Positions 8,901-20,900 of a DNA stretch of 64,000 bases are shown here, one piece after another (the first letter of the stretch is position 1; every line of letters starts with the position of its first letter). The notes beneath the pieces were generated by a model. It did no database searches. It saw only the letters and a list, made by a program, of their open reading frames with translations, and had not been told where the DNA came from. The stretch is from a virus (Duplodnaviria; Caudoviricetes): the IMG/VR virus record IMGVR_UViG_2863283106_000001, positions 32,001 through 96,000 of that record; one strand, written 5' to 3'. The translations under genes were made by a program, and so were the position numbers.

Positions 8901-11900
8901 GGAAGCTGCCACACAGGCATCGCCCCATGCACGATCCGGCGCCGCCACACCTGGTTTTCGTCCTCCAAGAGCAGGCTGCGCACGCCGCCGGGGGCGTCCT
9001 CGATGTCGATGACGCGGAAGATGCCCAACCGGTCGCCGTTGCGCTCGTCCGGCATGGCGATCAGGTCGCCCTCGCCGAGCTGCGCCACGTTCGACGGGCG
9101 GGGCCGGTCAAAGCCCGCGGGCGGGGTCCGGCCGGCGGCCTGGTCCAGGTGGTCGGCGGCGCGCAGGGCCGCGCGGCCCTCAGGGGTCGCCGGGTCGGCG
9201 GACTGGCGCAGTTGCGTAGCGAGTGCGGCGGCCTGCTCCGGGGTGACGGGGAGGTCCGCGGCGATACGGGCGGCGGCCTGCTGCGCGTCCGGGTTGTCGT
9301 CCGGGCCGCTGGCGTGGTCGTCGATGACGCCCCGGTCACCTTCGGTGAGGTCCGGGTCGATGGTGGTTCCGGTCACCGGATCCACGGGGCGGGGCGGCTC
9401 GTGCACGGTCAGGTCCTCGGGCTCGTCCGGCGCGTCGTCCGGGCCCAGCTCGGGGGCGTTGCCGTTCTCTCCCTTCGCGCGCGGCAGGATCGCCGCGGCG
9501 TCCATGTCGATCTCGCCTACCTCACCGGTGGTGGTGTCGGCGTACTCGACCGTGACCCGGTCGCCGTCCCGGCGGGTGCCGGTGACCGCCACCGTGGCGA
9601 GCGCGCCATCGCGGTCCAGGATGATGACGTCTCCTTCCTTGAGGTCGGCGGCCGCCGGGTGGTCGATGTCCGTCACGGGGGCCGTGCCGGGGGCGGTGTC
9701 GCTGACTTCGCCCGTGACACGCAGATCGCCGGCGCTACGCGTGGTGGTGCCCTGCGCGGTGCTGACGGTGACCTTGTCGCCTTCCACCTCGTCGACGGGC
9801 CCGAGGAGCGCGCCGTCGGTGTCGGTGACGACGTGCCCGGGGCGCACCTGGTGGCCGTCGGACGTCCAGCCGTCGGGGCGGGCGCTGTCGGTGACGGCGA
9901 GCGTGGTCGGGCTGATGCCGTCCTCGGTGTCGTCGTCGTCCCAGCGCACGGACACGGTGGTATCGGTGGCGCCGGTGACGGTGCCTTCCTGGGTACGGAT
10001 GCCCCGCACGCCGGTAACGGCGCTTCCCGGGAAGAGGGCACGGCCGTTGCGGTCGGACGGGACCCGCTCGGGCATGTTGCCGGTCTGCACCGCGCTCTGG
10101 GCGCCGGTGGCCGGGGAGCCGGGCGTGACGTCGTCCGGGGCTTCGGCGCGCGCCGCGGTGGCGTTGAGCGTCGTGTAGACGTTGCCGCCCGCACCGGTGC
10201 CGTCGGGGTTCTCGGTGACCCAGGTGCGCCACTCCTGGGTGGTGCGGCCGCGGCGGGTCACGTCGACGAGCTCGGGCCCCTTGTAGACGTACCCGGCGCG
10301 CTGGAGCGGCTTGCCCTTCCTGGTGGTGCCGTCCATGCGGACCATGTCGCCGGGCACCAGGTCCTCGACGCGGGCCCAGTGGGCGGGCTGTCCACCGACC
10401 GGGGCCGGCTCCCCCTCCGGCTCCGGCTTCCTCGACCCGTCGGCGGGGTCCGCGGGGCTCGGGGTGCTGCCGTCCGTGGCCGGCGTGGTCGACGACGCGT
10501 CGGTGCTACCCGGCTGGTCGTAGGTGTGCGGCCGCTCGCGGCTGCTGTCCGGGGCGAAGCCGTCAAGGAGACGACCGGCCCAGGCCGCGCGGGCGTCGAG
10601 GTCAAAGAGCGCTTCGGGCTGTCCGCCCTCTTCGCTGTCGGCCAGTACGGTGCGCAGCCACGCGAAGTCATCGCGTGCCTGCACCAGGTCGTCCCGCAGA
10701 TCTCCGCTGGGGGAGCGTCCGTCGCGGAAGGCGTCCACCATCGCGGCGAGCCGGTCGTACCGGGCGCGGGCCTCCGGGATGTCTCGGAGGGACTCCGGGA
10801 GCTCCGGCAGGGTCCGGTCCGTGCCCGCCAGGCGCAGCATGACCGAGTCCCACACGTCCTCGCCCGGGTTGGCCGGGTCCGCGGGGCCATCCTGCATTGC
10901 CTGCACGACCAGGTTGGCAACGGCCAGGTTCCGGTCCCGGGTGCGGCTGGCGCGGTCGTTGCCCAGGCCGAAGAAGGGCCGGGCGTCCCAGACCGGGTCC
11001 GTACCGGGGGCTGCGGAATGGATGGAGACGGTGCCGATCCGGCGCCCGTCCAGCCATACGGCCTGTGCGCCGCCGTCCCCGTCCGGGCGCAGCTCCGCAC
11101 GGTCGGCGAACGCGTCGGCTCGGTCAGCACTTCCGTATCGGAGCACAGCGTCGTCGATGTTCTCGGCGCGCTGGGGATCGAACGGCCGGGCGGGGGCGAC
11201 GTCGTCAGCCGTGAGGGGCTGCGGGGTGTCCGTCTCTGCGGACCCGGCGCGCTGCTCCTCCTCGTACTGGTGCCGTGCGATGCGGTCGTTCTCGCGGCGC
11301 TGCTGCTTCCACTGGTTGAAGGTGACGCGGCCGCCGTTGAGGTCGTACCACTCCACCAGTTCTTCGCTGGCGTACTCCCTCCACCGGTCACCCGCGGACA
11401 GGCTGCCGCCGGAGAACAGTTCCGTCTCGTTGGGCTTGTCCGCGCTGTACTTGTACTTCTGCTTGTAGAAGTAGCCGTTCGTGAACTCGATCGCGGCTCG
11501 GTGGCGGGCCTCGTTCCAGTCGGCGAACTCGAGGTGCAGCGCACGGTCGGCTTCCCGCTGCCGGTACTGCGAGTACGTGAGCCGGCCATTGCCCGCAGTG
11601 GTCTCGTCACCGAACAGCCAGAGGTTCAGCTCCGGCGAGGCCAGTTCCTTCGCCCGCTTGTTGCTGTACTTGCGGCCGGAGAACACCTCGCGGGGGTCGA
11701 CGCCGGCGGCCTCAGCCTCCGGCGAGAGGAACCGGCCGCCGGTGGCCTCCATCGCGGCCTGGAAACGCTCCTCATCGAGGGCGTCGAACTCCCGGCGCAG
11801 GTTCCCTGGGGTGGCCGGAGCGGGCTGGGTGACGTCCGTGTCCCCGAAGCCGAGAGCCGCGTCCATGGCCTTGCCTTCGCGCTCGGCCTCTTCGGCGTTC

Positions 11901-14900
11901 GCCGGCGGGGTGTCCCCCATGGCGGCGCGGACCTTCTCGTCGACGTAGCCGTCCCGGCGGTCCATCTCCGCCATGACGCGAAGCTCGTCCTTCGGGCCCA
12001 AGCCCCGCAGGTAGGCGGCCTCGAGCTCGGCGTCGTCCAGGGTGGTGAGGTCCTCGGGCAGGACGAACGCGCTGGCCCGCTCTCGCTCGTAGTCCTCCTG
12101 AACCGCGCGGAGTGCCTGCGGGAGGTTGCGGCCTTCCCCGTCGCGCCATGCGGCCACGGCCGCCGGGCCCCAGGGCTGATTCCAGTCGAACAGGTCGCCG
12201 TTGCGGTCGGTGAGGTCCTCGAACCGTGCGGTGAGCTCGCTGGCCTCTTCGGGGTTGTCGGAGGTCAGGGCGATGCCGGGCAGGTTGGTGCCGTTGCGGG
12301 CCTGAGCGAAGCGCCACACGGTGCTGCCGTCGTCCTGCTGCTCGGGCCACATCGCCAGGCCGCCCTCGGGCGACAGGGCGAGGCCTTCACGGTCCGCCAG
12401 TTCGGCCAGGTGGGCACGCCGCTCTGGAGTGTCCTCGGCCGGGGTGAGGCCGTCGCCGGCCTTCCACGCGCTGCGCAGGGAGTCGACGTCACGGTGCCGG
12501 GCCGGGGTCCGGCCGTCGCCCTCGTCGCCTTCACCGGAGGGCGTATCGGACTCCGGCATGTTCATGTGTGGCAGGCCAGGCCCGCCGGGGCCGCCTCCAT
12601 TGGGGCCGCCGTTGCCGCCGTCGCGGTTACGACGCCTCCGCCGACGCCGGCGCTTCCCCTCATCCTCCTCCTGGTCGTCGTTGCCGTCGTCCGGGCCGTC
12701 CTCCCCACCGTCGGCGTTGTCGGGCCCGTCGCCGTTGTCGCCGGAGTCGCCTCCGTCGCCAGGCGCGTCTGCACCGCCCCCGTCAGGCTCGCCGTCGGGG
12801 TCGGCTGCTCCTCCGTCGAGGTCGCTGTCCCGGCGTCGCTGGTTGTCCTCCTCGTTGTCCTGGTCCTGCTGCTCGTTGTCGTTGTCCTGCTCGCCCTCGT
12901 TCTCCGGGGTGTTCTGGTTCTGCTGCTCCTCGTCCTGGCTGTTCTGCTGCTCGTTGTCCTGGTCCCGCTCACCGCGAGCGGCACGGGAGGCGAGGCGGAA
13001 CCGGTCGGCGGCGTGCTCGCCCTGCGGGCCCGCGAGCTCGTACTGCTCGGCGAGCGCGTCCATGCGGTCGGCGATGTCGCGGAGCTCCGCGTCCCGGTCG
13101 TCGGCGTCGTCCGCGCGGTCCAGGCGGTCACGCAGCTCCTGCATCTCGGGGAGGGACTCGCCGCCCACGGCATTCAGGCCCTCGCCGAACAGAGCCTGCG
13201 CACGCGCCGCTCGGTCGTCGCCGTCCTGGCTTGCCGCGTCGCGCTCCCCAGGCCTCGGCCGACGGAAGGCTTCGGGGCGGTCGGCCGTGCTCCGAAAACG
13301 CAGCGACCGAATCAGTGCCCTTCCCGTCTTATCGGCTTGCTCGTCCGTAAACTCCGGGCTCTCCTCAGTCCGCACCGACCAATGCGAGTCGACCAGGAAG
13401 GGGAACATCGCGCCTTGGCCGAGCGGGTCAGGGCGCGCGGAATCCTCGAGCCGGGCGCGGTTCGTGATACCAGCGGTGCGGGGGCCCGAGTCGTAAGGGC
13501 CGGGATAGGCGTGCAGGACCGTGATTTCATCGCCGGCCTGGGTGTCCAACGGGTTCAGCGGGATCGTGTACCCGTCCGCCTCCTGCCGCGTGCGCCACTC
13601 GTCGTAGTAGTTGCTGAGCTCGCGCTTGCTGTCGAGGTACCTCCGCGCTTCCTTCTGCCAGAAGCTGTGTACCCCCTCGTCTCCGCCCTGGGAGACCATG
13701 CGCTGAGCGACCACTGTCCCCAGCGATTCACCGTCGGGGCCGCGGAACGTCAGTGCGCGTTCCGCCGCATCCGGTGCGTCCCACGGGAAGAGGTTGCCAT
13801 CGGTGTCACGGACCCCTTCCAAAATCCGCGCCTGTGCAAGGGCATCGTCACGGTTGTATGCGCGAGCGATGACCGCCATGGACCCCGGCGCCACGACCGA
13901 CCAAACGGGCCCAATGTCCTCGGAGACCTGCAAGACCGCCAGGCGGCCGCCCTCGGACAGCTCGAGCGTGTCGGTGTCGGCATCCGTTGACCGCATGCCG
14001 TGCTTGTGGGACGGCAGCACCATGTCGGCGTGAGGTGCCGGGTCCAAGTCGCCGCGCTTCCAGCGGTCCCGCACCTCGTCCACGCTCGAGAACCGGCGAG
14101 GGCCCGCGTCGGGAGCAGCGGCGGCCTGACCACCGAGGACCGGAGCGTTGCCCGGACCGTCCGTGTTCGGCTTGCCGCTCTCGGGTGCGTCGTCGTCCCT
14201 GCCGCGCGCATCGGAACCATCGGGAATGGCCACGATGTCGCTCGGGCGGAAGCTCAGCGGCTGGTTCTTGACGCGCCAGTAGCCGTCTCGCTGGGCCGGC
14301 CGCTCCACCGTGATGTTCATGTGCTCGGGGCCCGAGTTGGGGCCCGAGCCGCCGCCCCTGCGCGCGACGATCCGAAAGCGGTCGCCGGGGCGGGGCTGGA
14401 TCTGGGAGCCGTCAACGGCCTGCCAGCCCTCCGGCACACGCACCTTGGCCGCACGACGCCGACCGTGATCGGCCTCGATCCGACGTGCCAGGTCGGAGGA
14501 GTCCTCTCGTCCGGGGTTGCCCTCCGGGAGCCGCTCCACCAGGTCAGTGGCGCGGATCATCGCGAACTCGGCCCGGACGGTGTCCGTGCCGTTGAGCGTT
14601 ACATCCGCCTCAACCTCGATGCGGACCTGTCCGTTGCTGAGCACCGGTGTGACGCCGATGACGCGCCCCACCATGTGCATCGGCTCGTTGTAAGCGGGGT
14701 CTGCAGAGACGGTGTGCACCCAGTCCCCGAGCCGGATCTCGGAGGCGGGAACCATGTCGCCGTCGTAGCGCTGCCGCACCGCCGCGAACTCGTCGTCCTG
14801 CACCGGATCCGTGCTGCCCTGCTGGAAATCGGGGTGCTCGAGCGCCCGCCGCGCCTTGTTGTGCGCAGCAGAGGCCCAAGACCTGTATCTCCGCGTCTCG

Positions 14901-17900
14901 TACGGCAGATCAGGGTTGTCGAACTCCTCCTTGAGCCACGCGGTCTCGCCGACGAGGCGGCGAAGGTCGGCCTGCAGGTCCTCGCTACCGTCCTCAACGC
15001 GCTCGAGCAGGTCCTGGAGGCGCTGTATGCGGTCCTGGTCGTCGATCCCTTCGGAGTGGTTCCGCAGGGTGAGAATGTCGTCGTGGATGTCGCGCATGCG
15101 GGCGCGCAGCTCGTGGTGCCACGCCGGGGTCGGCTCCGGCCGTGTGCGGTCGCTGGCCCACGCGAACGTGTCGTCGGGACCGCGCAGGAACAGCGGGCTT
15201 CCCCACGCATACGAACCGTCGGAGTTGACGAACGACACGGTGGTCGTGCCGTCGTCCCTGCGCTCCACGCGGGTGACACGGACCGGCGCGTTCCAGCCCT
15301 CGGGATACGGGCGGCCATCTCGGTCCTTCCGCATGCGTGGCACGCGGATGATGTCGTTCTCGGCGACGTCTTCGCGGTCTCCGAGAACCCAGCCGTCGGG
15401 GGTCTCACTGCGTGCGGCGTCGTTCCGCGCGAGTTCTTCCTCCTGCTCGCGGCGGAAGTCGACCAGGTGGACGAGGCCAGCCACGGCATCGGCCTTGGAC
15501 TTGAGGAGGGGGCCGCTGCTGGTGCCGTCAACGTGCGTGTACGACCACTTGCTGCCCAGCTTCTCAACCGTGCCGATCTGCTCACCGTCAAGAGACACCG
15601 GTGAACTACCGTCGGCGGCCTTCTTGCCTACCACGGCACGAGCCAGAGCGTCGGCCTTCTCCCGGGCCTTCTGCGCGTCCTGCTCCTCCCGTATACGGAC
15701 GGCCTGACGCTGGTTCTGCGCCTCGAGTAGCGCACCGCGGCGGTTGCCGATCCTCGACACCGTGGGGGACAGATCGCTGCGGGGCACGCGCGGGCCTTCG
15801 CCGCTCGGCACGACGTGCCGCTGCCGCCACGCTTCCAGAGCCTCCAGTTCCGCCGCGATCTCGTCGTCGCTCATCGCAATCGGCGGTGTGTCGCCGATCG
15901 GCGCCAGCGGAATCTCCTCGGCGCCTGCAGAGTCGTCGGTGTTGGACTGCTCGGGGCGCTGCAGAGCGTCCCACTGCTCCGGGGTGAACTTCTCCACCAG
16001 GTCGCCCGGCGCAAGGTAGCCGTACTCGACCCGGTTGTCGCCTTCCCACTGCTGGGCTTCCTCGTTCCAGAGCATCCGCTCAAGGCGAATGGCCGTCTCG
16101 CCCGTCTCGTGGTCCTTCGGGGTGCCCATCGACAGGTCGTGGAAGATGCCGCGGTAGGTGTGGACCTGGTTCCGTGTGTCCATCGGCTCAGTGCCCTGGA
16201 AACTGATCAGGTCGCCGTCCCGCAGGTCCGACGGGTGGTAGAGCGTGCCGCCGTTGGGGCCTTCGCCCCGAGGCTGCGGGGTCCGCTCCGGGAGTGCGGA
16301 CATGGCCTGGTCGATGACGGCGTCCATGTCCTGCAGCTCTGCGCGCACGGACCGCGTCTGTTCGAGGTCCGGCAGCTCGGCCTCATACCGGTCGAGAGCC
16401 TCAGCGGTCTCTGCGATACGGACGCGGGCCCTGCGCAGGTCCTCGCGGTTGTCGCCGGTCGGCGGGTTCCCCGACAGGATGCCGTCGAGGTGGGCCGCAG
16501 CGTGCTCGTAAGGGCGGCGGATCTGCAGGAGTATTTCCCGCTTCCCCATGTGCCGGATGTGGTCGCCCGGGTCCGGGGGCAGCGGGGGCAGCGCGGGCAA
16601 CCGGTCGCGCAGGGTGCGGGCGATCGACGTCTCGTCGCCATCGTCGTCACTGGTGGCGGCGGGTTCGGAGCTGTCACCACCGTTACCGGTACTGCCAGCA
16701 TCGGTGTTGTCGCTGCTGTCGTTGTCGTCCTGCCCACCGGTCGGCTCGGGGCGGATCTGATTGAGGGTTTCCTGAACCTCCTGCCGCGGGATGCGGACCG
16801 CACCCCCCTGCTGCGGCGGGACGAATTGGCCGCTGTTCAGGGCCGCGTCCAGTTCCTCGGGGCTGGCCACGTCCAGGCGCGGCTGGTCCTGCCCGTTGCG
16901 GCGCACGACACGGCTTGCGGTGATCGGCGCGGTGCGGCCGTCCTCCGTGCGGACGCGCAGCTCCACGCCGTCGATCGCGGAGACGGTCCCCGCGAGGACG
17001 CTCTCCCCGTCCTCAGACCAGAAGGTGACGCGGTCGCCAGCCTGGAAGTCGCTGATCTTCCAGTCCCGGGTGTAGTCGCCGTCAGGCTCCTCCATGGGGT
17101 CGTCGCCCCGGGTGGCGTCCATGACCCACCCCAGGGACCCCATGTCGAGGACGTCCGTCGCGCGGGTGACCGCGACGTACGCCAGGCGCAGCTCCTCGTC
17201 TCCGGGGATGGTGTCCCAGTCGATACCTCCCTCGGGTGTCTCCTTCGGGGTGAAGAAGTCACTGGCGATGCGGACGCGCTCGGACTCCAAGCCCTTGGCC
17301 TTGTGGGCGGTCGAGACGAGGAGATCGTGCGGGGCGGCCTGGTCGACGACCTGCCCGCCGCTGCTGCTGGGCGGGGCGGTGTACCGGTCGGCGATGTACT
17401 GCTCGACCTTCTGCAGGATCCGGGCGCGCTCGTCCTCGGGGACGTAATCGCCCTTCCTCGGCGGCGGGTACCCCCACCGCTTGCTGACGCCGTCCCAGCC
17501 GAAGCCCTGGCGCTTGAGCCATTCCTTCGTGGTCTCGAAGTTGCTGTCGCCGAAAGCGAGCTTGACCCACATGTGCTCGCCGTCGTCTTCCACCAGCGGC
17601 CGCGGCATGCGCACCGCGTTCAGGAGCGCCTCGAGGTCTTCGCTGTGGCGCTCCATCAGCTTGAACATGCTGTCGAGCTGCTTGAGGTTCTTGTCGCCCG
17701 CGACCTCTTCGCGGATGTCTTCCCAGGCCATGCCGTTGAACTGGGCCAGGTCCTGGTGCTTGGTGCGCTTGCCGTCCCGGAGCGCCTCGGCTGCTTCCAG
17801 GAACTTCCGCAGGTCGTTGAGGCCTCCGGAGACGGCAACCCTCCGACCGGCCTGTAGTCCTTCCACGGCGCCGAGAACGACGCCGGCGTTGGTGCGGGCG

Positions 17901-20900
17901 ATGAGCATGGTTTCGTCGCCCGGGTTGATCTCCCCGATGTGGGAGTTCTTGCGGTCCCAGCCCTTGAGGCGCATCCGGGAGCCGACCAGCCGCAGGAACC
18001 GGTTACCGGCGTCGGCGACAGCGTCACCGAAGCGGAACGTCTGGGTGAGGGTGGCCGTGGCGTCTGCGGGGAGCCGCCCCAGGGCGTCCGTGGCGCCCCG
18101 GAAGCCGTAGATGGCCTGGTTGGAGTCACCGACCGCGACGACCTGGATGCCGGCGGCGCGGATGTTGCGGACGATGCCCTCCATGACCGGGTTCACGTCC
18201 TGCGCTTCGTCCCAGAACAGAACATCGGTGTCCGGCACCCTGCGGGACAGTGCCCACATCTTGACGGGGTGGTCGAACGACAGGGGCAGGTCGCGGTCCT
18301 TGTTCTTCGCCTTCGGGTCGGTGAGGTTGGCCCACATCTGCTCGGCGAGCGGCTTGACCGCCGCGAACACGGCCGCCCGGTTGCGGAGCTCCTCGGGCAG
18401 GTGGTGCTCGGCGAAGTCGTCGTCGTCGGACTTGACCCACGCGGAGAGCAGTTCGTTGGCGTAGTGTGCGGCCCGGCGCGGGGACAGCGAGTCGCCGCCG
18501 GCCTGGATCGGCTCGTACCAGCGCATGCGGTCGGCGAGCTGCTGATCGTTGAGGCGCGGCCACTTCAACCGCTCGAGCAGGTCCTTGTCGACCATGCTGT
18601 TCGCGTACGCGTTGGCCGTGGTCGGGGTGAGATTCTTCCCGTATTCGCCGCGCTGCTGCGACTCGATCGCCTCATCGGCCACGGACCGGTTGAACGCCAG
18701 GTACAGGATCCGCTTGTTCGGCATGCGCCGGGACAGCATCTTGAGCGTCGTGGACTTGCCGGTGCCAGCGAGCGCCATGACACGCATGTCCAGGCCGCGG
18801 CGGGCGGCGCCCTCGATGATGACCCGCTGCTCGTCGGTGGGCGGGTACGCCTCGCCGGCGGACGCCTGGGCCTCGATCCGCTCCCAGTCGGCGTCCGAGT
18901 AGCCTCCGGGCTTCGCGGGCGGCAGCTCGTCCACGCTGGAAACGGCGCCGCGGGCCTCGTCCTGGTTCAGGCCGTACCCGCCGACGCGGTCGAGGAGGAT
19001 GCTGCCGCGGGACGGCTCGACCAGCTTGCCGTCCTTGTCGTACTCCGGTTCCCGCTCCCAGCGGTCGGCTTCCTCCCGCTGCAGCGCCCACAGCCGGCGC
19101 TCAGCGCGCAGCCGGTACGCCAGTTCCAGCGGGTCGGTGGACTCCTCCAGGGCGCGGGTGACGTCCTCCAGGCCGTCGACCTCGTTCTCGATCTCCTCGG
19201 CGCTCATGTCGGCCGGTTCGCGGTCGCCGATCGGGTCGGTGCTGCCCGCCTCGCCCTCCGGCTGCGGGGCTGGCGGCTGGTTCACAGTGCCCGCGGCGGG
19301 GGTGTCGCTCTCCGGGGTCTCCGGAGCGCTGTTCTCCGGCGCCTCGGGCGCGTCCGTGGCCGGGGCGTCACCTTCGGGGGCCTCCGGCGCGTCCGTGTCC
19401 GGCACCTCGGGCGCGGCCTCGTCCGGGTACAGCACCCGCACCTCGACATCGGACGGGAGCAGGTGCTCCTTGCCGTCTTCGTCGACGACCAGGACGCGAC
19501 CGCGACCGGTGAGCACGGGCTTCCGCGCCACGGTGCGCGCGCGGCCTCCGCTGTCCAGGAACCGGTCCCCGGACTCCAGGTCCATGGGCGCGCGAAGCTG
19601 TGCCTCCCGGAGGTTGGTGGTGTCGCGTCCCTCGGCGTCCGCGAACATGTCGGGGGTGCCGAACTCGTCGGCGGCCCGGTCGTCGGGGTTGTTCAGGTCC
19701 GCGGCCCTGTTCGGCCCGGTGTTGGCCGGCTGGTCGACGTCGAACAGGCCGCCCGGCTCCTCCACGGGCTGCTTCGGCTTCGGCTTCGGTTCCTGCTTCG
19801 GCTTGCGGCCGGCGCGGCGGGCCTCCTCCGCCTCGAGGACCTGCATGCGGGTGCGGTCGGCGCCAGACAGCTCCCCGGCCATGTCCCGCTCCATCAGGGC
19901 GACGATCTCTTCGCGGATCTCCGGGTCCGTCATGGTGGACGGGGCCTTGGAGCCTTCCGGGCGTATCGCGTCGAGCTGTTCGGACACCTCGTCGGGCGAC
20001 ATGCTGACGGTGCCGTCACCATCACCGCCGTCACCACTGCCGTCGGCGTCATCGGTGCCGTCGGCGTCATCGGTGCCGTCGGCGTCATCGGTGCCGTCGG
20101 CGTCCGGCGCCTGCGTGTCCTTCTCTCTCTGCGCGCGGCGTTCCCGCAGTTCAGCCGCAGCCTGGTCAACGCGCTTGGTGTAGGTGTTGTACGCCCGAAC
20201 CTCATCCGGGTCGGACTCCAGGCCCTCGCCGCCCGCCATCGTCCACGCCCACTCGAGGAGAGCGCGGTGGACCTCGACCGGCCCGGTCACCCTGAGCGTG
20301 CCGTTGCGGCCCTTCTTGGCCTCCTTGAGGGCCTTCCGGGTGTCCGGGTCCTCCATCGCCGCGGTCTCTTCCGTGCTGAGGAAGTCGGCGAGGGCCTCCG
20401 GCATGGTCAGGGTGATGAAGTCCTCGGGCTTGTCCCACGCGTAGCGCAGTGGCTCATCCGCCGGCTCCGAGTTGTTGCGGTTGTTGTCGCTCTCGCGGCG
20501 CGCGAGTTCGGCCTCGACGTCGGTCAGGCGCTGCTTACGGATCTTGGTGATCTCGTCGGTCTCGTATGACGGGCGAGCGCTGGCGAGCTCAGCCCGCTCG
20601 GCATTGAGCTGCTCGGTGTCGAGATCGGCGACCGGCGGCCGCGCCTGCAGTTCCTGCGCGCGCTGCTGTGCCTGTGCCGCGGTCTCCTTCTTCCGCCTGG
20701 CCTCCCGGATCGCTCGGGCGTCGGCTTCGAACCGGTCGGCGTTGGCGTCGAGGCGGTCATCGAGCTGCAGCAGTGCCCGCTGCAGGTCTTGGTCGAGACT
20801 CTCGGTGTCCAGGCCCTCGAGGGCGGCAAGAGCGCCACGCATCGCGTCCGCGTTCTGCTGGTAGCCCTCGGGGCCCTTCGGGGCGTCCGTAACGTTCTGC

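Noticed and set aside
6062-13990. 2,642-aa plus-strand ORF and many other long antisense ORFs
   Set aside because: Shadow frames caused by the high GC3 of the real minus-strand genes; no motifs or RBS.
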